Source of the DNA: Phoronis australis
Lineage: Eukaryota > Animalia > Phoronida
DNA length: 47,075 nucleotides
Reading direction: 5' to 3'
Assembly (NCBI GenBank): GCA_002633005.1
Contig: NMRA01000424.1
Span: 154,593-201,667, forward strand
A program made the position numbers and the translations under genes. Below, piece by piece: positions 35,565 to 47,075 of this stretch. The notes under the pieces are model-generated. The model did no database searches, was not told the origin of the DNA, and saw only the letters and a program-made list of their open reading frames with translations. Position 1 is the first letter of the stretch. Each line of letters opens with the position of its first letter.

Positions 35565-37974
35565 ATGATCAAAATTACAAGTAATGTTTTTATGAAGATA
35601 ATTAAGGTACGGAGATATTGCAAAATAAGAAAGACATTTTTGCAACATGTCTTATGCTCAAAATATTTCATTTTGTCCAATTTTCTCAAGCGGCGACTCT
35701 TACGACGACTGATCAATATACCAAATGACCTCCAAAGTTTTGGAAAAGTCAAGAATTTCCTCTGAGCAACTGTCAAACAGTCTTGATGTTCACCATGCAC
35801 AAACCAAATCACTCGGCACATGTTTGCCACAAAAAGCATAAGCAAGAGTGGCTGGGAACTAGATACAAACAAAAAAGTCAACATCTCTAGTACACAGTCT
35901 AGCCTGACACCACATTTGGTCATGTACGAGTCCTAGAAATGCCAGCGATAAAAATAAACCTCCCTATCTTGACTGACCAGTGCAAGAATCTGAATTTTGA
36001 TTGGAAAGTCAGCAAGAGCCAAACGACGTCAAAAACAGTGGTCTCCCTACGTGCATTCAAACACGGTGCTTGAGAAGTTGAGCCATATTTGGATAAATCT
36101 CAAGCCATGTTTGAAATGCTACGAGCCATATATTTGTCACCAGACAATGAATATGACGCATGAAGAAATGTCGTGAGCTAATATTCATGAACAGAAGGCG
36201 AAATGACGGGCTCTCTACAGATTCTAATAAGCAAAGATTGAGAAATTACACGATGATCGATTGCTAATTTGACTTTCAAGCATTGATATTAACATCTGCC
36301 AGAATCACAGTTCACAGGATGGCTCAAATGCTAATGTTTCTGTTGACAGAGAAATGCCAACAATATGAAGAGTACAGATGTCCCTTACGATGGTGGCATG
36401 GTGGCAGTTTGAGTTTGTTTAAAACCACTGGTGATTTCACAAGTGCATCCAGACCGTTAACATCAAAGAACACACAGGCATAGAGGAGTTGCGTTAAGTT
36501 TACATAGGTCCTAAGTAATCAAGGAATCTGTGTGTTCAGCCAAACATTAACAAAACTTTAGATTTTAACTCCATGAAAGTAAAACTTTTCTGACAGCAGG
36601 ATATCCGTAGAATATTACTCTTAACTTTGTATCAACCTGCCTCCTTCTGTTGGGTCACGTGACCTTTTTATTAGAATTTCAACAAAAGAGAAGATACATT
36701 CACAACAAATCCCCGGTATTCATTACATAACCAAATTTTGTTTGAAACTTTATTTGATGCTCCTGCTCAAAATCACAACTCAAAAAACGCTATTGTACTT
36801 GTCTAAATTTTATGATGGCATCTCGTGCCATTTTAAGAACAATTCTAACTGCGTTTTGGAAAACACTTCATATCTGAATTTCTGAAATCTTCACATGAAT
36901 TTGATCAGCCATTACTGAGATACGATTTTCCGAAGTGAGGCAAACTTGGACGTTTTCCTGGGGGCCTTGAGAGTGAGCGTGCTTGGACATTAAATTTCAC
37001 ATTAACAACAATACAGAAAAAGAACTGACCGTTGGTGAAAATGACACCTTCACGGACAGCGCACCCGCTTGGCTGAGACGAGAGCGTTTTTGCAACAGCA
37101 AACTTTGTATTATCGACCCTCCAGTGGACCTAGTTAGTGTGTCCCACTTGACACAAGCAAAGTACAGTGGATATTATATTACTACCACTAAACATATTCA
37201 CCCATTCCCTTACACTTACAATGCTTCAAAACAATGCAACCTCAGATAGTGTTTGACGACCTGGTAAAAATGCCAGGTCACCACGAACATTCGGCATTGC
37301 TAGTCAAAAAGCGAACTAATGCACGGATAACGTGCCCTGATCGTCTGCTTTTGCCTAAGGTAGGTGGCGAGCCTGCAGTGGATATTGGGACGTGAGGGGA
37401 AATTGGTTGTTTAAGAGACCTCACAATACACTGCTAATTTTCTGTTCTTATGTTCCAGCAGATGATTGCTCCGTTCGTTTTTTTAATTCGGATATCTGTT
37501 TTTTCATTAGTGGCTTTCGCCAGATCTGCGTCGCTTGCTTTTACAACACCCACAAAAAGGGTTTCCTCATTTTTAACACAAAACCAACAGGCAGAAAAAA
37601 TGCAATTTTGAAGAGCAAAGAAAAAAGTAATTTGACAACGTCATCTCACTGCTCTCAGACTTATTAAATTAACCACATCAGGAGACACATCACCATGGAA
37701 ACGGTATTGATCAGGAACTTGAGAGTTTTAATTAACGGTCTTTCGGAAGCCATGGAAACAAGTTTGTGATATACAAACAAAGAACAAGAAGGTAACTGAT
37801 TTCGAAAAACGATGAAATCTTAAACAGCTCCACCATGGAGATTGTCTAGTTGCGATTCGGTTACACCAGAGAATGCTTAGGCAAGTCATGCAAATTTTTG
37901 AAGTGAATTGTAGACTTTCATTATGTCATTGCCGAGAAGCTAATTGGTCTCTAGACACCTAAACCAGGTAGATT

Positions 37975-38019
37975 GGGAGGGGGTGGGGAGGGAATGCGGT
38001 GGGGTGGGGTGGGGGGTGG
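37975..38019 (+). other. G-run tract with G-quadruplex potential
   Basis: At least seven runs of three or more G with short loops. Confidence 0.6.
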
Positions 38020-38556
38020 AGTCAAACGCAAATGTATCAATGCAAAATATCTTTTTCATTGTTTAGGACTATCACAAAGGCTTCCCACGGGAAACTATGC
38101 CGCAAACTCATAGCATAGATATCGGTAGACAGGCGTATCCATTGTTCGTTTTGTTTTTCTTTCTTATAATAAAGATAATGTTAAGCAATTATCGGCAACC
38201 AGCTGATGTGGGCCCAAGGTAAGATATCCATGCGACCTGTAACAATGGTAGTGCCACATATGCGATAACCAAGCGGCGCGCTTACGCTCATCGCATGGAT
38301 CTCGCAAGTTAAACAATACCTTGCGACCTGCATACGATGTCATTTGGCATAGGTTATAACCGGCACCTCTCCACATTTGCCCAGTAGATCGCATTATTCA
38401 CACCCTTACAAAGTTACTGAGGATACACTGTAGTTACAAAACATTTAAAACAACAAATAGACCAACACAGGGCAAAGAGGCAGCGAGTAACCAACACCAC
38501 AAGATCGGTTTCAAGCACTTGGCTTGTCAAAGCTCAGATGATACCGATGAGAATTT

Positions 38557-38636
38557 GCTTACCTATATCATGGAGGCGCTCGCTGGTGCCAATTCGGTGA
38601 GACCCTTGTACCCTAGGGAGGGTTTGATGTTATAAG
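38557..38636 (-). promoter_or_regulatory. Candidate non-coding 5' exon/promoter of IVNS1ABP
   Basis: Strong donor TAG|GTAAGC (38562-38557), GC-richer exon-like stretch, TATA-like CTTATAAC at 38636-38629; coding exon 1 starts with an acceptor so an upstream exon must exist. Confidence 0.4.
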
Positions 38637-40366
38637 CGAGCCGTTGTGAGGGCTGCTGACCTTTCAGAACGTCTCAAAAAATACTGAAAAGATACAAACG
38701 GTACGTAAAAATGGAGCAGAAAAGAGTACCAAATAATTCTTGGATCAATGCTCATCATCGCTTGTACAAATAAGTTTTAAAAAGTTACGTGACTTATCAA
38801 AATTGTCCTGAAAATGACACGAGACAACCAATTCCAAAGACGGCAGTCAAAAACTGAATGCGAAATGCTGCATTAATAAACAAGACGCTTAAAAAGTGCA
38901 GAATTCGTACCCTTCAAGTCCCATTTGCCGTTCACAGGCACAGAGCCAATAGAAAAAACGGTCAATTTTACTATCAATACATCATTAAATGATATTATCT
39001 TATCATTTGGAATTTTGAAATAAATCGATCTAATATTCATCGATTCAGTCAACTGGCCTGCATCAAAGTGGATTCAAAATCTCAAATTTAGGTTATGCAG
39101 AGCATTACTCAGTGTTCTCCACGGCCTGTTTTAACTCGACGCTGTAACGAGTTTGGATGTCGAGTTTGGAAAATGCTCATGGTGTTTAGAAAATGCTGCA
39201 TCAGGTTTGAACTTTTGTCCTGGCTTGGTATTTCAGCCCTCAACACTAAAGCAGTGCCTGATTAACCAACATCATGCCCATTTCAGAACTTTAGAGGCAG
39301 TCAACACTATATGTATAACTTCGCAAGACACTACAAGAGTTTAAATTATAATTAACAAAATCTGCAAAAACTTAAATAACAAACATTTAATGGAGTCACC
39401 TAGCTTGCTTAATTTAATGAATAATCTACTTTGTCATTCTAACTTTAAAATTTTGCAAGTCAATCTGTAAAAAAGCAATTTAATTTGCTTAATAAAGACA
39501 ATTTTGATTTTGACTGACATCTAGTGGCAAGTTAGAACTTTATGAGCTTATTAAACTTGACAACAGGTGTCACTAAAAACTAGGTCACATCAGAACTCAT
39601 GTTAGTAGTACTTAATATGTCTAATTGATATTAAAATCGGCATTGGTATTATTAAAGGAACTTTTGATCTTTTGTTTGCTGCTCTGGGTCTGTCAAATGC
39701 TTTGAAGGAATTATGAGATGCATTGGTAGGAAAGCTAAACTTTGAAGTGTCTAAAAAGTAGGTCACACAAGTGCAGTGTGCAGTTTTAAACCATATATAA
39801 ATACCTCCAGCATGACCATCCTTATGATAAGACACAAGACAATGTCAATAACTGACATTCAACATTTGCGTTTGAAGTTTATAATGTGGAGAACACTGTT
39901 ACTTCACTAATATGACTATTACCTTGGGACATCACTGTTTCACAAAGTGGCAAGGTCATGTGTTTTGACTTAATTTTGTGACGGTCGAAGCAAATAGAGA
40001 TGTGAAATTAGGCAACACTTCCGTACTTCCTACAAGGTTAAATGCGGCAGTCGAAACAGAACTCATTAACTGATTACTTCTGGCTCAACATGACGCTTTG
40101 TTTTTGTTTTGTTCAGACTTTGAACCTGGCGGCCATTTTGACCCACTGAAGTAGCGCTACATACAGGGTTACGAGATATACTGTTACGGGCAAATCACAA
40201 TCAAAGTCCATATTCGGTGGCCACTTTTGGTGAAAAATGAAGGTTGTTACATAACTGTAAAAGCTGGGTTACTGTAAAGTACCATCATTCCAGGTTTGTA
40301 ATCTAAAATATTTTTGGACAAGAACCACCGAATAAAATTTTATGGCCTAATACATCGCAGTTGTAT

Positions 40367-41843
40367 ACAAGAGCAACGCAGAGCGTTGAAATGCGCCCAC
40401 AATTGCACCATATACGGTATCCTTCTAGGGTTGTTTATTGGTACCATACAGTGGCCAGTAGAGGGCATATATGTAGTATGTTGTACTTTGCAAAATGGAA
40501 AGGCATGGTCACTGTCTCCTCAATAGGCTAGGGGCAAAATGTGAGTGATCTTCATAATACAAGCACATCCTATACACCAGTTGCTTAAAGCACCAGAGAA
40601 ACATAGAATTAAAAACAAATTTACCAACATACGAGATTAGCACAGCATTATAATGCCAGAAAAAAATTTCTACTTGGAACTTTTCCTTCATAGTCACGAA
40701 GTAACACAAACTATACACCTGAAGACCTATGGAAATACAGAGGTCAATGTAAAATACTAAAATTGCCACTAGAGGCATACCGGTAGTCAGAATCATCCTA
40801 AAGTCGTCATTGTCCGTTGTCAACATCACATAAATACATTTGCTAAATTTAGTAAAGATCCTGCAAACGGTTTGGGATACAGCCATGGGCGCAAAAAAAA
40901 ACTGCCACTAGGAGGCGCCACAGTAATCAAAGTCATGGGAAATTCAGCGTCAACCGTCCTCTTCATAGTAAGAACATACATGCCAATTTTCACAATCATA
41001 CTTATAGCGGTTTGGTTGATAGAGGGGTGGACGCCAAAAAACAAGAACAGTAAAAATGGCCACTGGGTGTCGCAAACTAGGTTGAATCCATCCGAATACG
41101 GGAGGATAGAGTCATCGCACTAATAGGTGCCTACATACCAAATTTCATGAAAATCCGATAAGGACTTGTGAAGATAGAGGTAAACGTAAAAAAATAAAAT
41201 TGCCACTAGGGGGCACATTGGTAGGCGGATCCGTCCAAAAGTCGTCATCGTCTGTTGTTAACAAAATATAAATACACTTATTAAATTTCGTAAAGATCCT
41301 GCGAACAGTTTAGGAGATACAGCCATAGGCGCAAAAAAAAAAACTGCCACTAGGAGGCGCCACAGTAGTTCAAATTGTCTGAAAAACATTGTTAGCTGTC
41401 CTCTTTATAGTAAGCACATACACGCCAATTTTCACAATCATCCTTTGAGCGGTTTGGTTGATAGAGGGGTGGACGCACAAAAACAGACTCGAAAACACTA
41501 AAAATGGCCACTAGGTGGCGCAAACTATGTCGAATCCATCTGAAAACGAGAGGATAGCGTCATCTCACTAATAGGTGCCTACATATCAAATTTCATGAAA
41601 ATCCATTCAGGACTTTTGAAGATACAAAGGTAAGCGTAAAAAACTAAAATTGCCACTAGGGGGCACACCGATAGTTCGCACATGCCGTCCCATTCATGAA
41701 TAGAACATATGTGTCAAATTTCATGAACTTATGTCAAAGGGTTTAGTAGATAAAGCAGCGAACGCCGGACGGACGCCGCCCGGACGGACGGAAGGAGATG
41801 ATGGCATAATGCGTCCACATATAAATATGTGGGCGCATAAAAA
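40367..41843 (-). mobile_element. Non-autonomous Helentron-type element (HINE/DINE-1-like) with internal tandem repeat
   Basis: Minus-strand 5' TTTTT + palindrome ATGCGCCCACATAT..ATATGTGGACGCAT (41838-41809), (CCGT)n microsatellite (41765-41792), second subTIR ATGCGCCCACA at 40391, hairpin CAACGC-AGA-GCGTTG (40374-40388), 3' terminal CTTGT (40371-40367). Confidence 0.88.
40759..41740. repeat. Higher-order tandem repeat: ~440-450-bp unit x2.2 made of three ~140-160-bp subunits
   Basis: Units begin AAAATTGCCACTAG at about 40759, 41196, 41646 with long near-identical blocks (e.g. GCGGTTTGGTTGATAGAGGGGTGGACGC, CACTAATAGGTGCCTACATA). Confidence 0.92.
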
Positions 41844-44800
41844 GGGGTATGTACACTACATCACGAATTCTGCATCACTTGGTAACATAATGTTGTAAAG
41901 TCATTAATTTTTCTTTGGTGATAATAAGCACCATGTTGTTATTTAAAAGGCAACAATTTCATTTGCAATGAGCATTTGTGTTACTGAATTCCACATGGGG
42001 GTACGTACACTACATTTTGTTAGCTTTTTTGGCCCATTTTCAACATAGCAGAACTCCGTCAATATCCAAACTTCTGGTTTGTTTAGATATTGAATAATTT
42101 GCTGTGTTGCTTAACATATTCAGCAGTTCTTATTATTACAGAGTGTGAACTTTAGTTTTTAACCTTCTTTACAATACGTGACGGTTAGAAACACAGAATT
42201 CATAAATTTCGTAACGAGTGCCTCTTTTATGATGAACCCTGCCATTTCAATGATTCAGTACAGCTTCATCTAAGTGATTCTGAAAGTCACTCAAGTTATT
42301 CCCAGTCATATCTAAGCAATTGCTTACTTCATAAAATAAAATTTTCTACTGTTGACAGTTAAAAATTGTAATTTCCAAAATGGCCACTCGTAATGGTAAA
42401 AATGCATGAAATTTATAGACAAAAACATGCATAAATTTCTCAAACATTGTCCGATTTTGATGATTCTTTTTTTAATTTGCACAACTAAACAATTCTTTGC
42501 ATATGAGATTCAGTTGGCACTTGGTTACTAACACAGTCGACTCTCGAATATGGACCTTGATTGTGATTTAGCCATTACCCAAAAATATTAAAGACAGGTA
42601 CATAGGACATTGCACTTCAAGCCCCACTTTTGTCTTTTGAAGACGTCTAGAGCTGAGTTCGAAAAACATGAAAGTCCATTGAATTACTTGAATGGAGGCA
42701 CAAGGGAATGAGCCCAGGTGCGCAAGGTCAAGAGAGGGTCAAAATATGTACAAAAATAGTCTGGCATAGAGTGGGCCTGTCATCTAACCTTCTGATAAGA
42801 CCAAACAGAACTCAGTCGAAAGTTCAACCAGCCCATGAAAATAATCTACAACACCTATAAATAGGCCCTAATCACAACTGATCTCATTTTGAAGATAAAA
42901 GTTTACCCGAACATAAAACACATAAAATGACCATCAACTGGACAAACTGAATTGTTTAGCTCATGAAAAGAGAGAAAATAAAAACAAACTTGTCTTTAGG
43001 TACCGATCCCTTAATCAACTTGTGACATTACTTAGACATCTGTTTTTAGTTTAAAGTGATTCTGGTAGTAAAGAAATGCAATAACTGTTGTGAAAATGAC
43101 CTTCACAAACAGCGCCACCTGTCCAACTACAACGCTAGCGTTTTCACCGCTGAAAAACTAAAATGAGGATAAACTCACCAATTTTGCACAAAAATAACTG
43201 CCAAAATTACGCGTTTCCATTTTTTATGGGCTTCTAACGTTGTGCATGCCCACAAAATTTCAAATTATTGCATCACCTGGTCGTAGCTAGAATTACTCGG
43301 TTGACGCTACATAACTTTCACAGCAAAATGAGTAAGTACAGTTTCGCTTGTCTGCCATACGTCTAACTTGGTGACACTTTTATTTATTAGTGTTTTCGCT
43401 ACTACTATGATCAAGTACGTGCTGCCAATTTATAAATTTCAATTTACCTAGGAAAGAAAAATGTCAAGAGTTTCCCAAATGTCATTCCAAGAAATCATTT
43501 GATGATGCCATTGTGTAAAAAATGATTGACTGATTGAAACACATCAAGGGATTTAGCAACCAGGCGACAATCTGTCGATGAAGCGGAAAAAACAGGCCTG
43601 AACAAAACGAAATACACAATGAGATTGTAAAAGAATCGATTGTGTCTACCTCCAGCTGGCTTTAAAATAAACAAACACCAGGCAAAACGAACACACAGTC
43701 AATGCAGCCCAGTATTAGCTTACTGACTATTATACCACAAATAATAGCAGCCATCAACACAGCCAGTGATATATCTGTGAGAAAACATGTAAGCACAACA
43801 GAAACTGTAAACCTACATCACAACCCAGGGTGAAACCAGCGAGGAAAAACTCCGGTGTTATCTTTCATAATAGAACGAGACCTGACAAACATTCACCACA
43901 TATTTTTAGAGGGCTGTATAAGCCCCAGATTATGAATATCCGGTACAGGAAAAAACTGGTCGTGGCTTCCTCATACTTCCAGAGCGAAGACAAGTAGAAC
44001 GTAAGTGCTTAAAGCACTTCAGGTGCAAGTGATGATAAAAAGTGGGCCTTTTTTTCAAAATGTTGCGCCCAGCAGTCTTAGTGTAATTATGTATTATGTA
44101 ACATATGAAACAGAACCCCGCAAGGGAAATCGAAAAAAGAACAGTCATGTTCGTGTAAAAGTTGCGTTTTTATTTAAAAATTCCATACAAAATGGTACTC
44201 TGACAAAGACTTCAAACAGACACTTCAGCTATGATAGAATAAGAATAGACTGGCTTAAGTTGATTAGAATCTCGCATTTTTGGAAGAGTGCTGCGTTTTA
44301 TAAGATGCACCTGGTGAGCGCACTGATGCAATGTACTTGTTCCTTTTAATTTTTTATGTGATAATGACGCAACGGTGCAGTCCCGGAATATCCCTCTCAA
44401 TTGTGGTTCGTTAAACTCATAAAATTAACTTTAATCAGCGAGAGAAGAGTGTATGCTGGAAAAGTACTAATAATATTGTGGTGCACTGCTTTAAATCAAA
44501 GTCAACATGGATTTCATGACAATAACAAATGGAACAACCGGGAACTTAAAAATCAGATTACCAACACAGGCAACCGAATGGCATCCAAGACACAGCAAAA
44601 ACTTTACATTACGTTCAAATCTTGTTTGTGCACTAATTTTGCACTGTGTTTATGAAAATTGGTTCGTAAGATTAATCGCTCCATTTCTTTGCCTTATTTT
44701 GTAAACCTAATGTGCTGCTTATATACGGCAGTTTCAATGTTTTGTCAGAAAATCAAGAACTGTAAACCCCACATTCTGGCTACTGCACACGTCATTACGT

Positions 44801-46449
44801 CAAGCGATGATAAAAACTGAAAAAACTTTGATTCCGCGGCAATTGTTAGTAGCATAATTCCTCACCCATTGAGCACACAATAAGGTTCACAAGTGAAATT
44901 CTATTTCACCACAATTCTCCACAAAACTAGTGCTTAAGAAAATTTTAGTATCAATGAAAGTCTATCATTAGGGTGGTTTGTACTGTGTTGATATCGTACA
45001 ACAACTTTGGTAAATTTCCGTTATTTGCCGTAATCCTCCATTGAAAAATCGAAAAATGACAATTTAGGCAATTATATTTGAGCCAAATAAGTGGACATCT
45101 ATCGCTACTCCCCTGTGAATGCACAGCCATTACTTTCCCAGTGAGATGTAATTTGGCTACCAAATCAATATCTGTATCACACACATGGAGAAAACCTTCC
45201 CTCCCCCAGGAAACAGCTGATGGCTGCTCAGGTGTCCAATTGACTAATTAACGCTGTGATTAATGATCAGGTGTTACCTTGAATAACTAATTAGGACAAT
45301 CCCTACAGATTGAATTGCACCACGTATTAGATAGTTTGTTCATTTGTAACCACCACCACCACCACCAGGGGGCTCTCTTCCCCCATGTATCAAGGGTGAT
45401 GCAGTAGCATTATTCAAAATCCAGACCAATATCAGAAATACCCGGCAGACTGAAAAAAGAGACTGTAACCGAGACAACATCATAGGATGAAAGATCTCAA
45501 CTCCAGGACAACAGTGATCCCAGAGCCAGGGGTGATAAAATACCCATTGGAATAGGCAGCACATTACTACCCACTCTTCCGCCTGGGGGCACTCAACCAC
45601 TAGGTACTAAAACCAGTGCTTCACAGTACCTCCAAACATCCTGTTTACAATGGGTAACACAAAAGGTACCCACTCAACAAAGGGCTATATGGCTAAGGAG
45701 TGGTGCTGGTTGTGCCAACATGTGATTTGCTATTAAGAAAAACCACTAACATGAGGGTATTGTTTGTGAATCCCACACTTTTAGAGAGTTTCAAAGCATC
45801 TTTGTGACAAATGCTGTTCATAATTACTTGTCAAAGACAACAATCCCAAATTTAACTTGGAAGCCACACATTTTCTACAGGGAACCACTGTAGGGATCTT
45901 GGCTAAACTTTGCTGAGACACTTGTGCGGATTTCAATTCTCTATACCACACAATCAAAAATTTGTTGTCAAGATTAGAAGCTGACAGAACTCCCAATTGC
46001 TTGAAGCATACCTCGGAGCACATCACCAAGCTAAATGCCATAGTACTGGGATTAAGTACACACCTGTGGCACAAATTACCGTCGACAAATCAGAAATGGG
46101 CATGTAATAAAAAATAAATGAATATTTAGCTATGATTATTTCCAACACTCGTAGGTTTTTGCACTGACTGCAATTGAACATCAGCCAGAAATGCTACTCT
46201 TGACAATTTTGGCATTTTGTAATCACACAAATCACATCCCCAAGACATCGGCAATGCACAGAAATAAATAACAATCCAGCGAATGGCAAAGCATCAAGTG
46301 ATATGTTATTGCGTGCCACGCCACCAGTCTGATAGAGTTGACAACTTTTGCCTCATTTTGACTAAAGGTATAACTTCTAAGATCTTTTGATGAAATAGGT
46401 TTTTTATACTTTGTGACGATGTTGAGCAGCTAAAAATTCACTAACTACG

Positions 46450-46649
46450 AACTTGTTTGTAATTGTTGACTATGACATTACAACCTTTATCAACGGGTCT
46501 TTTTCAACGAGTGGATTACCTGCGCTTGGTTTGACCAAGGTCTACAGCTCCCTCTGGTGTATGACCCCATTTCAGATCTGGGTCAACAAAGTGCGGGTAA
46601 TCCACTGGTTCAAAAATACCCTTGGATGAGAGTCAACTAGGAACAAGTT
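46450..46649. mobile_element. 200-bp foldback element/MITE
   Basis: AGTGGATTACCTGCGCTTGGTTTGACC pairs with GGTCAACAAAGTGCGGGTAATCCACT; arms extend to AACTTGTT..GTTGACT / AGTCAACT..AACAAGTT. Confidence 0.75.
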
Positions 46650-47075
46650 TCAGTAAGTGCATTTGCAAGACCCTGATTACACGCCCAATGGCAGTGTATG
46701 GATAGACTCTCACCCCACTCCAGTAATAACTGGTGAAAATATTGGCCCAGGGCATGCATTAGTAGCAATCAGCAGAAAATAAAGTTCTCTGGGACTTGCA
46801 TAATATTACACAAGCAGGTGGGCATACCTAAACACAGCATTCTGAATGACCTCCATTGAATGACCTATTGTTGCCTGGCTGTTATGTAACACTTGAATTC
46901 TAGTGCAAAAGGTTATGCAGGGCTTGATAAGCTCAGTGATCTAACCAGAACTCTTAGGTCACCACATGGGAAATGGGCCTTGGCTAAAACAAGGAAGCCT
47001 TGTAAGGAGGCGAGGCCAGGGGAGGGGACTGAAAAAATTCCAGACCCTCCAAACAAACCACTAGGGGGGGGGGGG

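Noticed and set aside
40509-41123. ORFs of 72-125 aa inside the HINE
   Set aside because: Lie in the tandem repeat; no Rep/helicase motifs.
40759-41740. CRISPR-like regular repeat array
   Set aside because: Eukaryotic context, inter-motif sequences are themselves repeated, no cas genes.
44005-44349. Possible TTAA-flanked (Kolobok/piggyBac-like) MITE and 114-aa ORF
   Set aside because: Terminal inverted match too short to support; ORF has no recognisable features.

Overview
Eukaryotic (invertebrate animal, probably protostome/lophotrochozoan by the Pygopus sequence; taxon is inference) AT-rich genomic DNA with GT-AG introns. Three protein-coding genes are supported: (1) pygopus on + (PHD-finger exon, CDS 1224-1754, no NPF/NHD motif visible, long 3' UTR); (2) an unrecognised ~316-aa type I membrane protein on - (4 coding exons, 8292-11864) with signal peptide, Trp-rich repeat, one TM helix and two PPxY motifs; (3) an IVNS1ABP/NS1-BP orthologue on - (BTB-BACK-Kelch, 12 coding exons, 20630-32916, 686 aa, all splice phases consistent). 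Non-coding DNA holds many MITE/foldback elements, a 994-bp hAT-like element with a 5-bp TSD, a tRNA-like element with GGC anticodon, and a complete Helentron-type (HINE) element whose internal tandem repeat carries seven co-oriented CTCF-like motifs. Main leads: candidate truncating/poison and cassette exons in the IVNS1ABP post-BACK intron, the HINE-borne CTCF array, the orphan PY-motif membrane protein, and an NHD-less Pygo with a possible overlapping signal-peptide uORF. All calls are by eye; no searches were run.
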